Shown here in pieces: positions 13,736 to 26,373 of a DNA stretch of 64,000 bases. The translations under genes were made by a program, and so were the position numbers. Source of the stretch: Lytechinus pictus (lineage: Eukaryota). Numbering within the stretch: position 1 is the stretch's first letter; each line of letters begins with the position of its first letter. The notes beneath the pieces were generated by a model. It made no database searches. It saw nothing but the letters and a program-made list of their open reading frames with translations, and was not told the DNA's origin. The stretch lies in the NCBI RefSeq assembly GCF_037042905.1, contig NW_026974140.1:3782001-3846000 (forward strand), read 5' to 3'.

Positions 13736-13962
13736 NNNNNNNNNNNNNNNNNNNNNNNNNNNNNNNNNNNNNNNNNNNNNNNNNNNNNNNNNNNNNNNNN
13801 NNNNNNNNNNNNNNNNNNNNNNNNNNNNNNNNNNNNNNNNNNNNNNNNNNNNNNNNNNNNNNNNNNNNNNNNNNNNNNNNNNNNNNNNNNNNNNNNNNNN
13901 NNNNNNNNNNNNNNNNNNNNNNNNNNNNNNNNNNNNNNNNNNNNNNNNNNNNNNNNNNNNNN
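13736..13962. other. Assembly gap (227 N)
   Basis: Run of n. Confidence 1.
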
Positions 13963-14044
13963 AATGAATAAAGCAAATACACACAATCCCTTTTCACATA
14001 ATGTGTTAAAATTAATTTTAAGAAAAAATAGTTTAATTATGAAA

Positions 14045-14190
14045 ATAATGAATAATGATGATGATGACGACAATAATAATACCAATGATAATAATGATAA
14101 CAATGATAATAATAATAATAAATAATGATAATAGTAATGATAATAATGATAATGAAAATAATTATAATTATAACGATAATAATAACTATA
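14045..14190. repeat. (AAT/GAT)n degenerate microsatellite
   Basis: aat/gat/aac trinucleotide array. Confidence 0.9.
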
Positions 14191-14419
14191 CCCGGAATAA
14201 ACACTCTAGCTGTGTGCTGAAATCTAAATCTTTTTCCTCTTTTTCCTCTTTTTCTCCCTTTTGGTCGCTGCTTGAAAACTCATTTGGGCAGTAGTCCTCT
14301 GTCCTTCCCCCTTTTGACGAAGCCAAAGAAGAAAACGGGGAAGCGCGGGGGGCACGGGGGTAAAATCGCCCGTTAAGTTCCCTTGCAAAGAGTGGTGAAA
14401 GAGTTAAGTAGTCATCATT

Positions 14420-14559
14420 GCATGACTAATCACTAGGCATTCCTTGTGTCAACAGGTAGTGTTTTTATGACGTCACTATAGTGTCTGTGTGTGAAAGGTC
14501 TATACGGGCACCGTATCTGTCGTTGGTTTCGGGTTTGTTCAAGATATTATTGAGAATAG
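14420..14559 (+). promoter_or_regulatory. Candidate promoter and non-coding first exon of the NLR gene
   Basis: Strong donor aatag|GTAAGT at 14560; perfect CRE/ATF site TGACGTCA 14468-14475; AP-1-like TGACTAA 14423-14429; matching acceptor tttcgtttcAG| at 18348-18349 upstream of the NLR ATG. Confidence 0.45.
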
Positions 14560-16544
14560 GTAAGTATCATTCATATGTAGATTATTCTTTATTGAGCACG
14601 TAACTTTCATTGTCATGAATTTGAGCTGATTTTGTATTTTCCAATTTATGATTAACCTTTGCTTCAAAAACATATCTACTTCGAATTCACGCTATCACTG
14701 TGACTACTGTCCTTTATGGGCGTGCGCTCGTTCTACTTTCAATCACATGTAAATGATGTATACCTGCCTTATATGGTCAGTCAACATTCATATCATGCCC
14801 GATGTCCACCGATGCAATAATATGGACAGTTTGTTAATCATGTTAATCATGTGTTTACTACAGACATATAGCATGTATAGGGAGGATAGCCAGTTTTCTA
14901 CCATTCCCATCTTCCCTCGCTATTAGACTGCCCTTCATTCGAAAAGGCACTCCGTTGGTTAGTACTTTATTGTAATACGGAACCGTATCAAGTAAAATAT
15001 TTGCGTGCGAATTCTTACAATAGCTGTCCGTTTTCAATCCCTGCAATAATATGCTATTGTTAAAGTGTTCGAAGGCGTGCAGGTCTATGTTGAAAAGAAT
15101 GTACGGACGGGTTTACTATGTATAGGCCTATACGTGCTTGATGTATTTGTGAGTAAGCCTCCATTCGCTCAGTACAAAGTCACTATATAACTCATGTTTA
15201 TTCCGACGAATTTCGAATCGATACACATAGAACAGCAATAAAATGACGGCTGTCATATATAGTTCTAAATAAAATCACGTTTGATTTTCTAATGGCCGAT
15301 ATGACAGACAAAACAAAAAGAGCTCACACACGGAGTAGCATCATTTTATTTGCTTCTCAATGTTGGCAACGAAATATAGAGGAAATTTACCATCCGTGTA
15401 ATTGCTATTTAATTTGATTTTGACCTGGTCAGTTTTTACCAACCCCCTCCACACACACACACTCCCCTTGAAATTGTGCTGTTACAAAAAAATAACACAA
15501 GAAAATATGAGTCAGATGCCATATAGTCGTCGTTTATTTTCCTCCATGCGTAAAAAATATAACAGAGACAATTAATATGTTTTGTAATTAATTTCATTAG
15601 GTAGAAGGATTAAATATATTATACATTTAAAAGGGGCTTAGGGATCCGGGTTATGGATGACATTAACCATGTTGACCGCATGTATCCATTGCAATTACTC
15701 CCCGTTTCCAAGCACACGAAGACAGCATTTAATTGATGGCATGTTTGTTGTCTTTGAGCTAGCTGTGAATATCGTGATATTGTTTCCACGGCTCCACGCT
15801 ACAGGTCTTCAGATCGCTGAACTTTATTTGGTAAAAAATAACATGAATTAGTTCGTCTGTAAAAGCTTCCCGGATATAAGCCAAGGCCCACAAAACGGAT
15901 GTGCATTTATTTTTCCCTGGCGACTGCCGTAGTAAAATGGATTAGTTCCGGGATTGATTCTAGGGGCGGATCTAGACCCCCCCCCCCCATGCCCCCTCCC
16001 CCGCCAAGACCGAAAATTCTTTTTAGAGTGTAAATGCATAAATAGATACTTGAAATAAGTGAAAAATACTTTGCTCAATGGAAAATATTTCGAAATTAAG
16101 TATTTCATGAATCGCTTACGGATAATCTCTTTTTGGCGACAGATATGCCCGTTGGTTTATTCATCAGAGCAAGTGTCTAAGGATTGACAAAGATTTGTTT
16201 CCTTTAGATCATGTACGTTATGGACGAAAAATTTGCATTCATTGAAATGCTATGTTGTCTGATCTATTTCTAGATCTCGAAATGCGTCAAAACTTTTATT
16301 TTAATATAATCATTGCAAATAGTTATTTTAATTGCATATTTACACCAGTGGGGCTCGCCCCACCCGTTTTGAGGTAAACTTGACGAGTATTGTCCCATTC
16401 TTTTTGGATATTAAGAATAAAAATAACCCCATTTGTTCTAGATCTACAAGCCATCATATGAATCGACAAAATCATTATTTCTTGAGGAAATCGGAGACCT
16501 CGTTCCACGACGGGCATCCCTGTAATTGATTATTAATTTTGCTA

Positions 16545-16709
16545 GGTTTCACACTACATTACCATAAAACAAGTCTTTGAATAAAAAAGGTAATTTCTCG
16601 TTAATCTAAGGAGTACATTTGCATAATTTATGCAAATGTACTCCTTAGATTAACGAGAAATTACCTTTTTTATTCAAAGACTTGTTTTATGGTAATGTAG
16701 TGTGAAACC
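16545..16709. repeat. Perfect 165-bp palindrome (82-bp arms, 1-nt spacer)
   Basis: ggtttcacactacatt...gcataa t ttatgc...aatgtagtgtgaaacc, centre 16627. Confidence 0.95.
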
Positions 16710-17527
16710 AAGCACCCGATATCCTGATTACCTATTACTTGCTGAAATAATATCATTATTGCACTGTTTGTCTCGTTTTCCTTCCCCTTTCCTTTTGAGG
16801 CCTTTATCAATTTCAAGCTCTAAGCTTAAGATGAAGGTCTCCCACATTTCAAAATGTATTATGTCGATATAGTTACGTATATATATAATTTTTTTCGCCA
16901 TTGTTTTAATAATAAAAAAAAATTATCAGGTATAAAGATATTTCAATTATATTATTAGAATATATAAAAGCATATGTTATTCATATGTCACTTTCTTATT
17001 GTTATGTTATGCTAAGAAAAAAATGATTACAGTTGTATATACTTTTATTATTGGAATGTGGAAAAAAATAAATCAAATCCATAATGTTGCCTTCATTCCG
17101 GTCATAACCGGTTGCATTTTTGGACTCTTTTAACAACAATAATTAAGTTATATTCAATCTTTATATTAATATTCAGACTCCAGAGTCAGATACATAATAT
17201 TATAACCCTTCCTATACAAGGGGCACTAGGCTGGCAAGAATTACTGTCAGATTTTGAGAAGAAATCGTTTTATATTTACCTTTTACAGTTTATCATGCTA
17301 AAATTTCACAATCCATTTGATGTTCCTGAACGGAGGTACAGTAGCAATAAAGTCATCCTAAACTCGCGGTTTGATTAACTGATTCTATCCTGAAATGGGA
17401 AACGATTACGAACATTGTCAGTTTCTATGTTGTAGGTCTATTCGTAACCCAAAAAATAGTAAGCTTGAACTTTTTTTAAAGGCTTTCATTGTGGAGACAA
17501 TAATGGATGTTTTGCAGTAAACACCAT

Positions 17528-17838
17528 GGCCCGTATTCTAAAGTCAGGTTTAACTTAGACCACTGTCTAACTCTGTGCTAAAATTATGGGAAGCCAAAAG
17601 TGTCAAAACTTTTATTAAGTTGTATGTTTCTTATGTTTACTGTGCTCTTTCCTGATTCATCGTTGGTGAAGACAATCATTTAATTATACTTCCTACACAA
17701 TTATGAATAATTTAAGAGCAAAATGAGCTAAAATATCATATCTCTACTGTTAGTGACTTATGTAACAATTGGCTATCCATACTTAAACCACAACTTTAAA
17801 CGTAAGTTTAACTTAAACCCGACTTCAGAATACAGGCC
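17528..17838. mobile_element. PIF/Harbinger-like MITE
   Basis: TIRs ggcccgtattctaaagtc / gacttcagaatacaggcc; 3-bp TSD cat on both sides. Confidence 0.7.
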
Positions 17839-17842
17839 CATG

Positions 17843-18143
17843 TTTGTAGTCCTGAAAGGGCTGTTTGTTTATTTTTCTTGGTTGTTTGGTAGCTCTTAAA
17901 AGAACTGTTATCGGCGTTTCAACCAGCGTGTTATGGTCGTCATCAGGAATGATGGTCCACTCGAATGCTTGGGTATATAAGCAGGTTGGTAAAGAAGAAG
18001 GTAATTGGTTCAACCTAAATACCTTCTTCATTACCAACCTGCTTATGACGACTAGAACACGCTGGTCGAAACGTCGATAACAGTTCTTTTAAGATCTATC
18101 AAACAACCAAGAAAGATAAAGAAACAGTCATTTTTAGGACAAC
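17843..18143. mobile_element. Foldback element, probably derived from Penelope-like pseudo-LTRs, with hammerhead-like core
   Basis: Left and right halves are imperfect inverted repeats around ~18010; minus strand reads CTGATGA-cGACC..GGTT-GAAAC (17946-17916); plus arm atgacgactag..ctggtcgaaacgtcg. Confidence 0.55.
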
Positions 18144-18419
18144 ATACATGAACTTTTACTAATGTCTTATAATCGCAACCTGCGATATTCATATAGATTT
18201 TCGCCTATTCTGCTTTTTGGGGTTTAGATTGTAAAATACGTTCTAATGGGTAATTCAATGTGTACCTAGATTCATGTTATTCCACTGTTAATGAAAATAT
18301 TACAAATTCAATATTAACTTAATTAACCAGTTAAATATTTTCGTTTCAGAAATCACCAATAGATGCCAACCTGATGTCAGCTTTATTTTGACCCTCAGAC
18401 TCTCCGGGACGTCCTCGGG

Positions 18420-21400
18420 ATGGCGTCAGACAGTGGCAATGGCGTCACCGAGCTCGAGTTGATGAACCTTGCCGAGAAGATCGACGTCAATACCTGGAGA
18501 AAGCTTGGACTCTGGTTGGACATTCGGGAAGCGGCTCTTTCCAAATATGAAAGGGAGAACTGGTTTTCTGGTGCTGCCAGCATCGGAACATACAAGATGT
18601 TGTGTGACTGGAGAAAGAATTGCCATGAGATAGATCAAAGAGACAAACTCACCGAAGCACTGCAGAGATGCGAGATTGGACATCTTGCCAAAGAAGTCTT
18701 AAAGCACTGTAAGTATCATTCGTGTTTAGCTATCATCAGCAATTCGCAGAACATTTGTTGATTAACCACTCTTCTGGTAAGGCATGTTGCCTTAGCCATT
18801 GCACGAAATGAATTATAACATAATTTATTTACAGTGAAAATGGCTGGTACAAAAAAATTGAATGGTAAATGAAAACGTATTTGAAAAAAAATTGTACAGA
18901 ATCGATATTTACTGTAAAAGGGACATATCTTTTACGCGAGTCACCGTGAAACTGATTAGCTGAAATCACGTGCAACGCGCAAATATAACTTGAATCTTAC
19001 TTTAGCAACTTATCACACCCTCTCGAATGTACCAACGGGACCGAAGACAACCAGCCAAGTTTAAATAAATGAGAGTCCATGCAGTTACATTATCTTGTGC
19101 GAATCATCATAAGGCATTGCCCGTCAATAGTGTTTTTCAAACGCATAGGATCTAGATGGATCAAAAACGTTTCATGGTTATTTACTTTATTTCTATAATT
19201 ATGTTTTTGTTCATTAGGTGATGAGGGATATTCATGATTTGCTTTGTTGTTAATTTTTACAGCTCCAAGAGGCCTATATGGACCTGAGATCATTCCAATC
19301 AGAGACAAGTTGATATCCTATGCCAAGACGAAGCTTTTAAGGATACCTCTCATTCCATGGGCTAAGAAGCGTTACATTCAAGTGGATTCTATCTTCATCT
19401 GTGTACAACTCATTCTTCACATCGTTGGTCCGGATATCCCTGTCCGATGTCCACTGGAATCTTACAATGACATTCTCACCGAGAACATTGCCGAAGAGTC
19501 ATCGGATTTGCCAAGCAAGCGGTTTATTGTACGAGGCAAAGCCGGAAGTGGAAAGACAACTCTCCTCATCAAGTTACTCTCAGACTGGTGCAAAGAGGTC
19601 GCTGGTGCGCTCCTTGCCAAATTCAAGCTTGTGCTCTTTTTGCCAATGCGTAAGCTGACATTCCAGAGTAACCTTGGTGAAGCCATTCTTCAGTATTGTT
19701 TGCCTCGGGATGCCAGTATCAGCGCTGGAACGGTGGAACAGATGTGCAGAGAGAACTCAAAGGATGTGTGTGTTCTCCTGGATGGATATGACGAGTTTCC
19801 TGGGAAAGGTCTCATTGGAGAAGGAGCAGGAAACATTGTCTCCATGCTCCGGAACGATGAGTTTATTGATATACATGTCATAATCACCACTCGTCCTGGA
19901 AGATTGGAGGATTTTCTAGAATATGGAGAGTTCAAGCATCTAGAAGTCACAGGTTTCACACAGGAACATGTTCATGAGTACATTAGTAAAACATTCACTG
20001 GTGCGAGGCAACGAATTGGCACTAACCTCTATGCATATCTAGATGGAAACAACCTCCTGGCTGAAGTGTCCTCCGTACCCTTACTCCTATGTGCCTTTTG
20101 CCAAGTAGCCAGATGGACCGATGGGATTGAGTTTGGAAAGTTATCCACATATACGGCCTTATTTCAGACTCTTGTACGATGTTTTTTCGAACATCAGCTT
20201 GCTAAACCAAAGGCTGCTGTAAGTCCAACGTCTTCCCCAGATAAAATAGAGGAGAAACCAATCCCGATAATGACACAGGAGTTCCTCTTTGATCAGCTCG
20301 GAAAAGTAGCCCTTTTAGGATTCTTCAGAGAGAAGGATGGTGAGTTGTTGTTTAGCGAAGAAGACTTTGATAAGTGCACCAAGTCTCCGAGTGAAGTTAT
20401 TGATCAGGGATGTATTGCTGGCCTCATTACGAGAGACGATGATGTATCGGCTGATCCTTGGGAGGAGCAGTCGTGTATTCGTAACATCTCATTTGTCTTG
20501 AAGACAGTGCAAGAGATGTTTGCCGGTAGGTACTTGGCACGACTGTTTGCACTGGGAGAAAGTGAATTGTTTAGACATTATCTTCATCTTGTGGACTCCG
20601 TTCAGAGAATTCTAGATCTGACAAATGTTCTCATGTTTGCATGTGGTCAATCACTTGAGGTGGCAGAGGAAATCATCGTTCACGTTGTAAATCATATTGT
20701 CGAAGAGGACAGAGAATCTATACAGAGATTCTGGAGTGGACAACTGCCAATCAGTGAATGCAGAAGAGTTCAAGAAAAGATTGAACTGTGTCTAAACTTG
20801 AACTACGAGAGTCAATGCCGAGGACAATTCAACAAGCATTTGCAACCTATATTCCACGTGATTCGACTATTTTCACCTCCCCAAAGGACAGCCAGGACCC
20901 TTGGGTATATGCTGCAACACTCTGTCCCATCCAAAGTAGTCGCTTTCCCAACAAAGAACGGAAGGAGAAGCGAATGTGATTATTTGGTCAGTACCAATGA
21001 TGATTCCAGCGGATGTCATAATAAGAGTTCTGCCGTCGATCAAGGCTCTAATAAATCAGATGAAAAGGTGCATGTGGATGACAGCAGCAATGCCAGTGAT
21101 GGAATTCTAGCTGTCCGTAGTCTAGAAATAATTCATGTCAACGAAATGTTTGACGATCAATTCAGACAGATTAGAGATTTCTTGCCCAAAGTAAAGAAAG
21201 ACTTCTTCCAGAATGTCAACAACCTTGCCATGATGGAGACGAACACTTGGTCATCAATACGAAACAGATTGACAACGAAAAGCCCTGCTGATTTCGAGGA
21301 TATAGATCATCTTTCAGACAATCAATTTGTAGCATATCTACCTGTCAAAGAAGAAATGAAGAAATGGCAGGTAAACGAGATTTATCTCGACGGGATCCTC

Positions 21401-23354
21401 ACTGGTCTCAGGTACTGCTCAGTAGAAACCCTAGTGATAACAGGGATAGCAAGGCGGAGTCAGAAATGGCGGGATCTCTTTGACGCACTCTCATCACCAG
21501 AGTGGAGGAGACTCGTCAAACTCGATCTCAGTCGGAACAATCTCTCCTCAGTACTGATGTCTTTACTCGGTAGGGCACTTGTTGACAAGCCAAACCTCCA
21601 ACATTTCGACGTGAGCGGGAACGAAATAAAGAAAAGTTTTGTCTCCTTGATTCCTAGTTTGCCTAGTTTGCGTCGGATCTACCTGAATTCTGAGCACATG
21701 GAGCCTCAGACCTTGGCAGAGTTTGGAGGGAAGCTGGCTGGCTTCCCAAACATCGAAGTGATTGACCTAAACGACAACCCTCTAGACGATACAGCCGCAG
21801 CTGAAATTGGGGACGCTCTGCGGGGGTGCACGAAACTACAACGACTCCGTCTGGATGTAAGTAAAGTCAGTGAGGGTGGTATCAGTAGAATGGTTGCAAA
21901 AATCAAGTTCGTTCCATCCCTTACCCACATTGGACTCTACAAACATCATAACGCAGATGCACTCGTGAAAAGTGTGACGTCATCATTGAACAAGCTGCCA
22001 AAAATCATGTCGCTGTCATTGACGTGCAGAGAGGATGACGAACTTCGTAAGTGCATGTATATTGGTCTTCCTTTCTTTTATTTTCTTCTTCCCTTTCTTC
22101 TACTAGTGCTACTACTACTACTACTACTTCTTCTTTTTCTTCTTCTTCTTCTCCTTCTTCTTCTTCTTCTCTTCCTTATTCGTTGACTTTAGTTCATATA
22201 TTGACAGGGAAACAAAATAATGTTGTCGTATTCATTTTCTATGAAACCTCTAAGTTTATTAATCCCTTTCTTCGTAGAACAAAGCATCAAGATCCTTGAT
22301 AATCATGAGAGAAAAAATATTTTCTGCCAAGGGGTCAACAGCTGAAACAAAAATTAATGACTATGACATTTATGATAAAGTATTCGCATACTTTAAAATG
22401 TTGATACAGATGTATTCATATTACAAATCTAATGACATCAAATGTTCGTCCTAAACAAGTAGGAAGTAGAAGATAAGCTCAGCAGTTGCAATTTTTACTT
22501 CTTCGCTCTCAACTCCAAAAGTCATCAGTCATTACTTCAATTTCAATTGCTCACATTCAGGAAATGTTGATATATCTTGGTCCTTTTCCATGTAGCTGAA
22601 GACTTACTTTCGGTCCGATTGTCCACTACACAGTCTTTCACAAGAGCCATTACCGCCCTTCCCAAGCTTCAGGTTCTTGAACTGTTCAAGGTTCGTTTGT
22701 GTGCCAGAGGTCTAGTTGGACTGCTCGATGTGCTTAGCGGGATGGAAACGCTCCAGGAGTTCAGGTATGTCGATCGTTTACAAAAGAACTACAAGAATAA
22801 TTTTACCACATAAATAGAAGTTCATTTATATGTTCATATAAGAGACATTATCTTATTTTGGAAGTTCTTGCAATCAGGTCTGAGATCTGCAGAATTAGGT
22901 TGGAGTCACTTTAGTTATCATCATGGAAAGTTAGGCGGACTATGGAAATGATTGGAATTTAAGCTATTCATTGTTCCTAATTAAATTATTTTTTTTTCAC
23001 ACGATGAAACTATACGCTATGCAGAAACCATTCCAATTTCATATCCGATAAATGTTCTGAAATATTTGAAATCTGAAAAGGGTTGTACATTTTTTACAAC
23101 TTGTGGGGTTTTTCATGAATGAAGGCTACTACTGTTCTGTACACCAAAATCAAGAACATGGTTGAACAACGGGTTTGAGAATTTCTTCTGTCATTTCTGC
23201 CTTATTGTTGCTATGCATTCATCATCTTCATCAGCATTATTTGTGTCATTATTATGACTACTCTGACAGGGTGGCAGCGGGCTATCTAACTGATGATCAA
23301 GAAGCAGAGGAAGCATGCAGGAACGCACAACAAACCTTCCTCAAGGTATACTAG
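18420..23354 (+). CDS. NOD-like receptor (DEATH-NACHT-LRR), 1108 aa; exons 18420-18708, 19263-22046, 22596-22764, 23270-23354
   Basis: Exon 1 is a death-fold domain (LMNLAEKI..WRKLGLWL...YKMLCDW...LTEALQRC..HLA). NACHT Walker A GKAGSGKT, Walker B VLLDGYDE, sensor-1 IITTR, PLLL, WHD F.xKTVQE.FA. RI-like LRRs (LVKLDLSRNNL, LQHFDVSGNEI, IEVIDLNDNPL). All introns GT-AG, phases 1,1,2 consistent; total 3327 nt. Confidence 0.92.
22085..22175. repeat. (CTA/CTT)n microsatellite in NLR intron
   Basis: Source of the spurious poly-Leu tail in the ORF track; lies after the donor at 22047. Confidence 0.9.
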
Positions 23355-24134
23355 TCATCCATTGTTCCATGTCAACTGGTCATTAGATTAAATAGAAGGA
23401 AGTAGCTGATGAAGAAATTATTGAACAATGCAGTCGCGTACTGCTCAGGTTGGATCAAAATATGGATTTCCAATCACATAGATTTAATCTTGGAAACCTA
23501 ATTGAGTCGTTGGGGGTATCGGAAATGGCATGATGAGGAAGTCCCCGATTGGGGTCATTTTGTCGCGACGAACTCAACATAGACGTGCATTTGTTTTAGA
23601 GATACATTGATGTACTTTTAATGTTTCATTCCCTCCTCAAAACTCATGTCCCTCGTCGGCAGCAACAAAAAAATTGTTGATCTGATAGTCTTCACATCAT
23701 CTACCTGAAATATTTAGATGAATGTGTAATATCAACTGACATTTTCACTCATCGTTTCCAGGTGAATTTCAATGTATTTTGAAGGTATGTGCAATATGAG
23801 GGCCAAAACAGTCAATTTTTACTTCTTACACAATGTGTAATCTCCCAGCGTTTGTGCGAGCAAAGAGAATTTCACGCGTGGAATGTAATAAAAGCGTTTA
23901 TTGCATCGGACCGACGTGACACCTTACAGTGCTTTGTATTTATGCCTCGTAGAACAATACCTGCTATGTTTAATTGATAATTGCATTCTAGACGGAGTGT
24001 AAAAATCAAAACATCGATGTGGCTACTAATATATGTCATTAACATGGAAAGAATTGTTTGTTTTGAACAAATTCTAAACTGTAAAACAGTTTTACTGTAT
24101 AAACAGTAAACTTACGCTAGAATTCCGCCTAATA

Positions 24135-25817
24135 GGCCAGTTCGTAGTTATTTCATGTGTTACGATACTGCAACATATAACAATGAAATAGTTTTTTAAT
24201 TTAATTTCCTTTTTTTTTATTATTACAGGAAATAATTAACCATACACAAACAAATAAAACCAAACATCTGACATGTCTTGAAGTATAAGTTCTGATAATT
24301 ATTCCAAATAATATTATCTAGGTTGGCTGGCAAAAATTCCTTAAATTAAAGTTCACAATGATGGCGATGATGAAACTGATGTTGAAGCACGATGAATAAC
24401 AAGAGTCATTTAACGAGTTGAAATGTCTGTTAAGACGATATTGATGATGATAAACAGTCAATTTCAGCAATCCATGGGTTGAAAGCGTTCATTAAAACAG
24501 CTTGATGATCTCGATGAGAACTGAGAATTTCCTCTCTCAAAATAACTGCAAACAGTTCATTGATGGCGTGCAAATAATTCCACAGAAGATAAATATTCCA
24601 GGTGGAAATAAACTCTGCTCTCACATAAAGTCTGGCGTGAATCTCTGAGTTCTGATCTGATATGATGTGATGTGATGTTGAATAAACTACCAGCTTATAT
24701 ATAAATTATTCACTATTCTGGAAGCTTCTAGTATTGTCTACAAAAAGAACAATCTGACAATTTCTATAGCAGTCTAATTTTAGAACATTCTTGAATGACC
24801 TCAGACGAATAACAATGTACTGTAAACAACATAGCTAATCCTATTGTTCATTTCCACTACCACTTGGAATCTCTTTGTGTTGCAGTCTCTATTCAGAAAT
24901 AACAAAATTCCTCAGACTTTAAATAGGTGTAGTCATGCCTCACAAAGCTATGAGACATTCTGGAATATTCTTAATCATGCTGTGAATATCCTTAAAGGTA
25001 TTGTTTAACTTTGTGAGCAGCCGATTAAAAAAATTCTCAAACCAAGATGAAACATGTGTACAAGTGCATGTATTAGAACTAATAAACCCTGAAAACAACC
25101 ATTATTACGATTTTGTAAATAGGCGTCTTATAGACGCCTAGATAGTACACATAAGTGTATGGGATGAAATTAAGATGGTGTTTTCGGTCACTTTATATTT
25201 CAATTTTTGAAGCACTGAATAATTATTTTCGAACGCAATTTTTTCTGGGCTTCATTTTTGTAACATATCACAGACACAGGTGACAAGTGTGACCTTCTAG
25301 CTCAGATTTTTTAAAAGTCAAACCAATGTTAACCAATCACTTTAAAGAGGAAATAACTAAATAAATGAATGTAATTGCTCCTACAATTCTTCTTACATAT
25401 AACACATGGACAATTTTGGTCAAATGACCTTTCATTTCTTTCATTATGATAGGCAGATTTCAAAGCAAGATATTACGTAGGCATGCCTTATATAGCAGGA
25501 TGAAGAAATTGAATAGACCAGGTGACTAGAATTATAGCACACCAATGAACACTCTATGAAGGTATATATTGCATTTCTGCTTTAAATGCAAATTATATCG
25601 TGCTGTACAATGTAATTGACAAACTGTGAAATACCAGTCGTTCGTCGACACATTGTTGTTGTTTTTTGTGGATGTAAATGAAAAACACAAGTCAAAAGAA
25701 TATGAATAATCAAGACATCAAAGTCGGTGCTTATCTCATTATATTTCAAACCACCATGTCACTTTGAAACCAATGACCTTCCTCTGATCATGCGCAAAGT
25801 GGAACTACGAACTGGCT
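24135..25817. mobile_element. Non-autonomous TIR element, ~1.7 kb, with nested TTAA MITE
   Basis: TIRs ggccagttcgtagtt / aactacgaactggct; no clear transposase. Confidence 0.6.
24996..25341. mobile_element. TTAA-flanked MITE (Kolobok-like), nested
   Basis: TTAA 24992-24995 and 25342-25345; TIRs aggtattgtttaac / gttaaccaatcact. Confidence 0.65.
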
Positions 25818-26373
25818 CATTCCTATGTAGCCCACCCCACCAAAAACAGAAAGATAGAGAGATTCTCTCTATGTCCTTCTTTTTGTATTCTATTCTACTG
25901 ATTTGATAAAAATGTTTGGAATTAAATAATTTCTAATAAAAAATATTTTGAATTGTTTGAAAGAGTGTTTAATCCAAAACCATTTGTTATCTATTCTTTT
26001 TCACCATCGAATCCATGTTTCAAGAGACTTGAAAATGTGCATTGCGCCAAGTAATCTGGGCCTAATGCCGATTCTGAATGTTGCAATTCTTTGGGACGAA
26101 AATTGACAATTCTATATTTCTGTCATCATTGTGCCGATTTGTTAAATACAATTATTTCCTTTGTAAATGCACAATGCATTGAACATCCCGATTGATCGTT
26201 TCTTACATTGGATCGATCGAATTAGATTCCGATTTAACTTTATTTGAAGTATAATTTTAAAGAAATTTAATGGGTAGTGATAACTCGGCTTTATTGATTA
26301 GAGACAAAAAAATACTACAATCTAGAGACACCACAGAGTAGGAGAACAAAGGGCGATTAGCCCTTCTTGCTCT

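Noticed and set aside
13677-14294. ORFs spanning X runs and poly-Asn/Ile
   Set aside because: Assembly gap and AAT microsatellite.
22047-22186. Poly-Leu 'transmembrane' C-terminus of the 980-aa ORF, suggesting a membrane-anchored NLR
   Set aside because: It is read-through into an intronic (CTA/CTT)n microsatellite past a consensus GTAAGT donor; the downstream exons continue the LRRs in phase.
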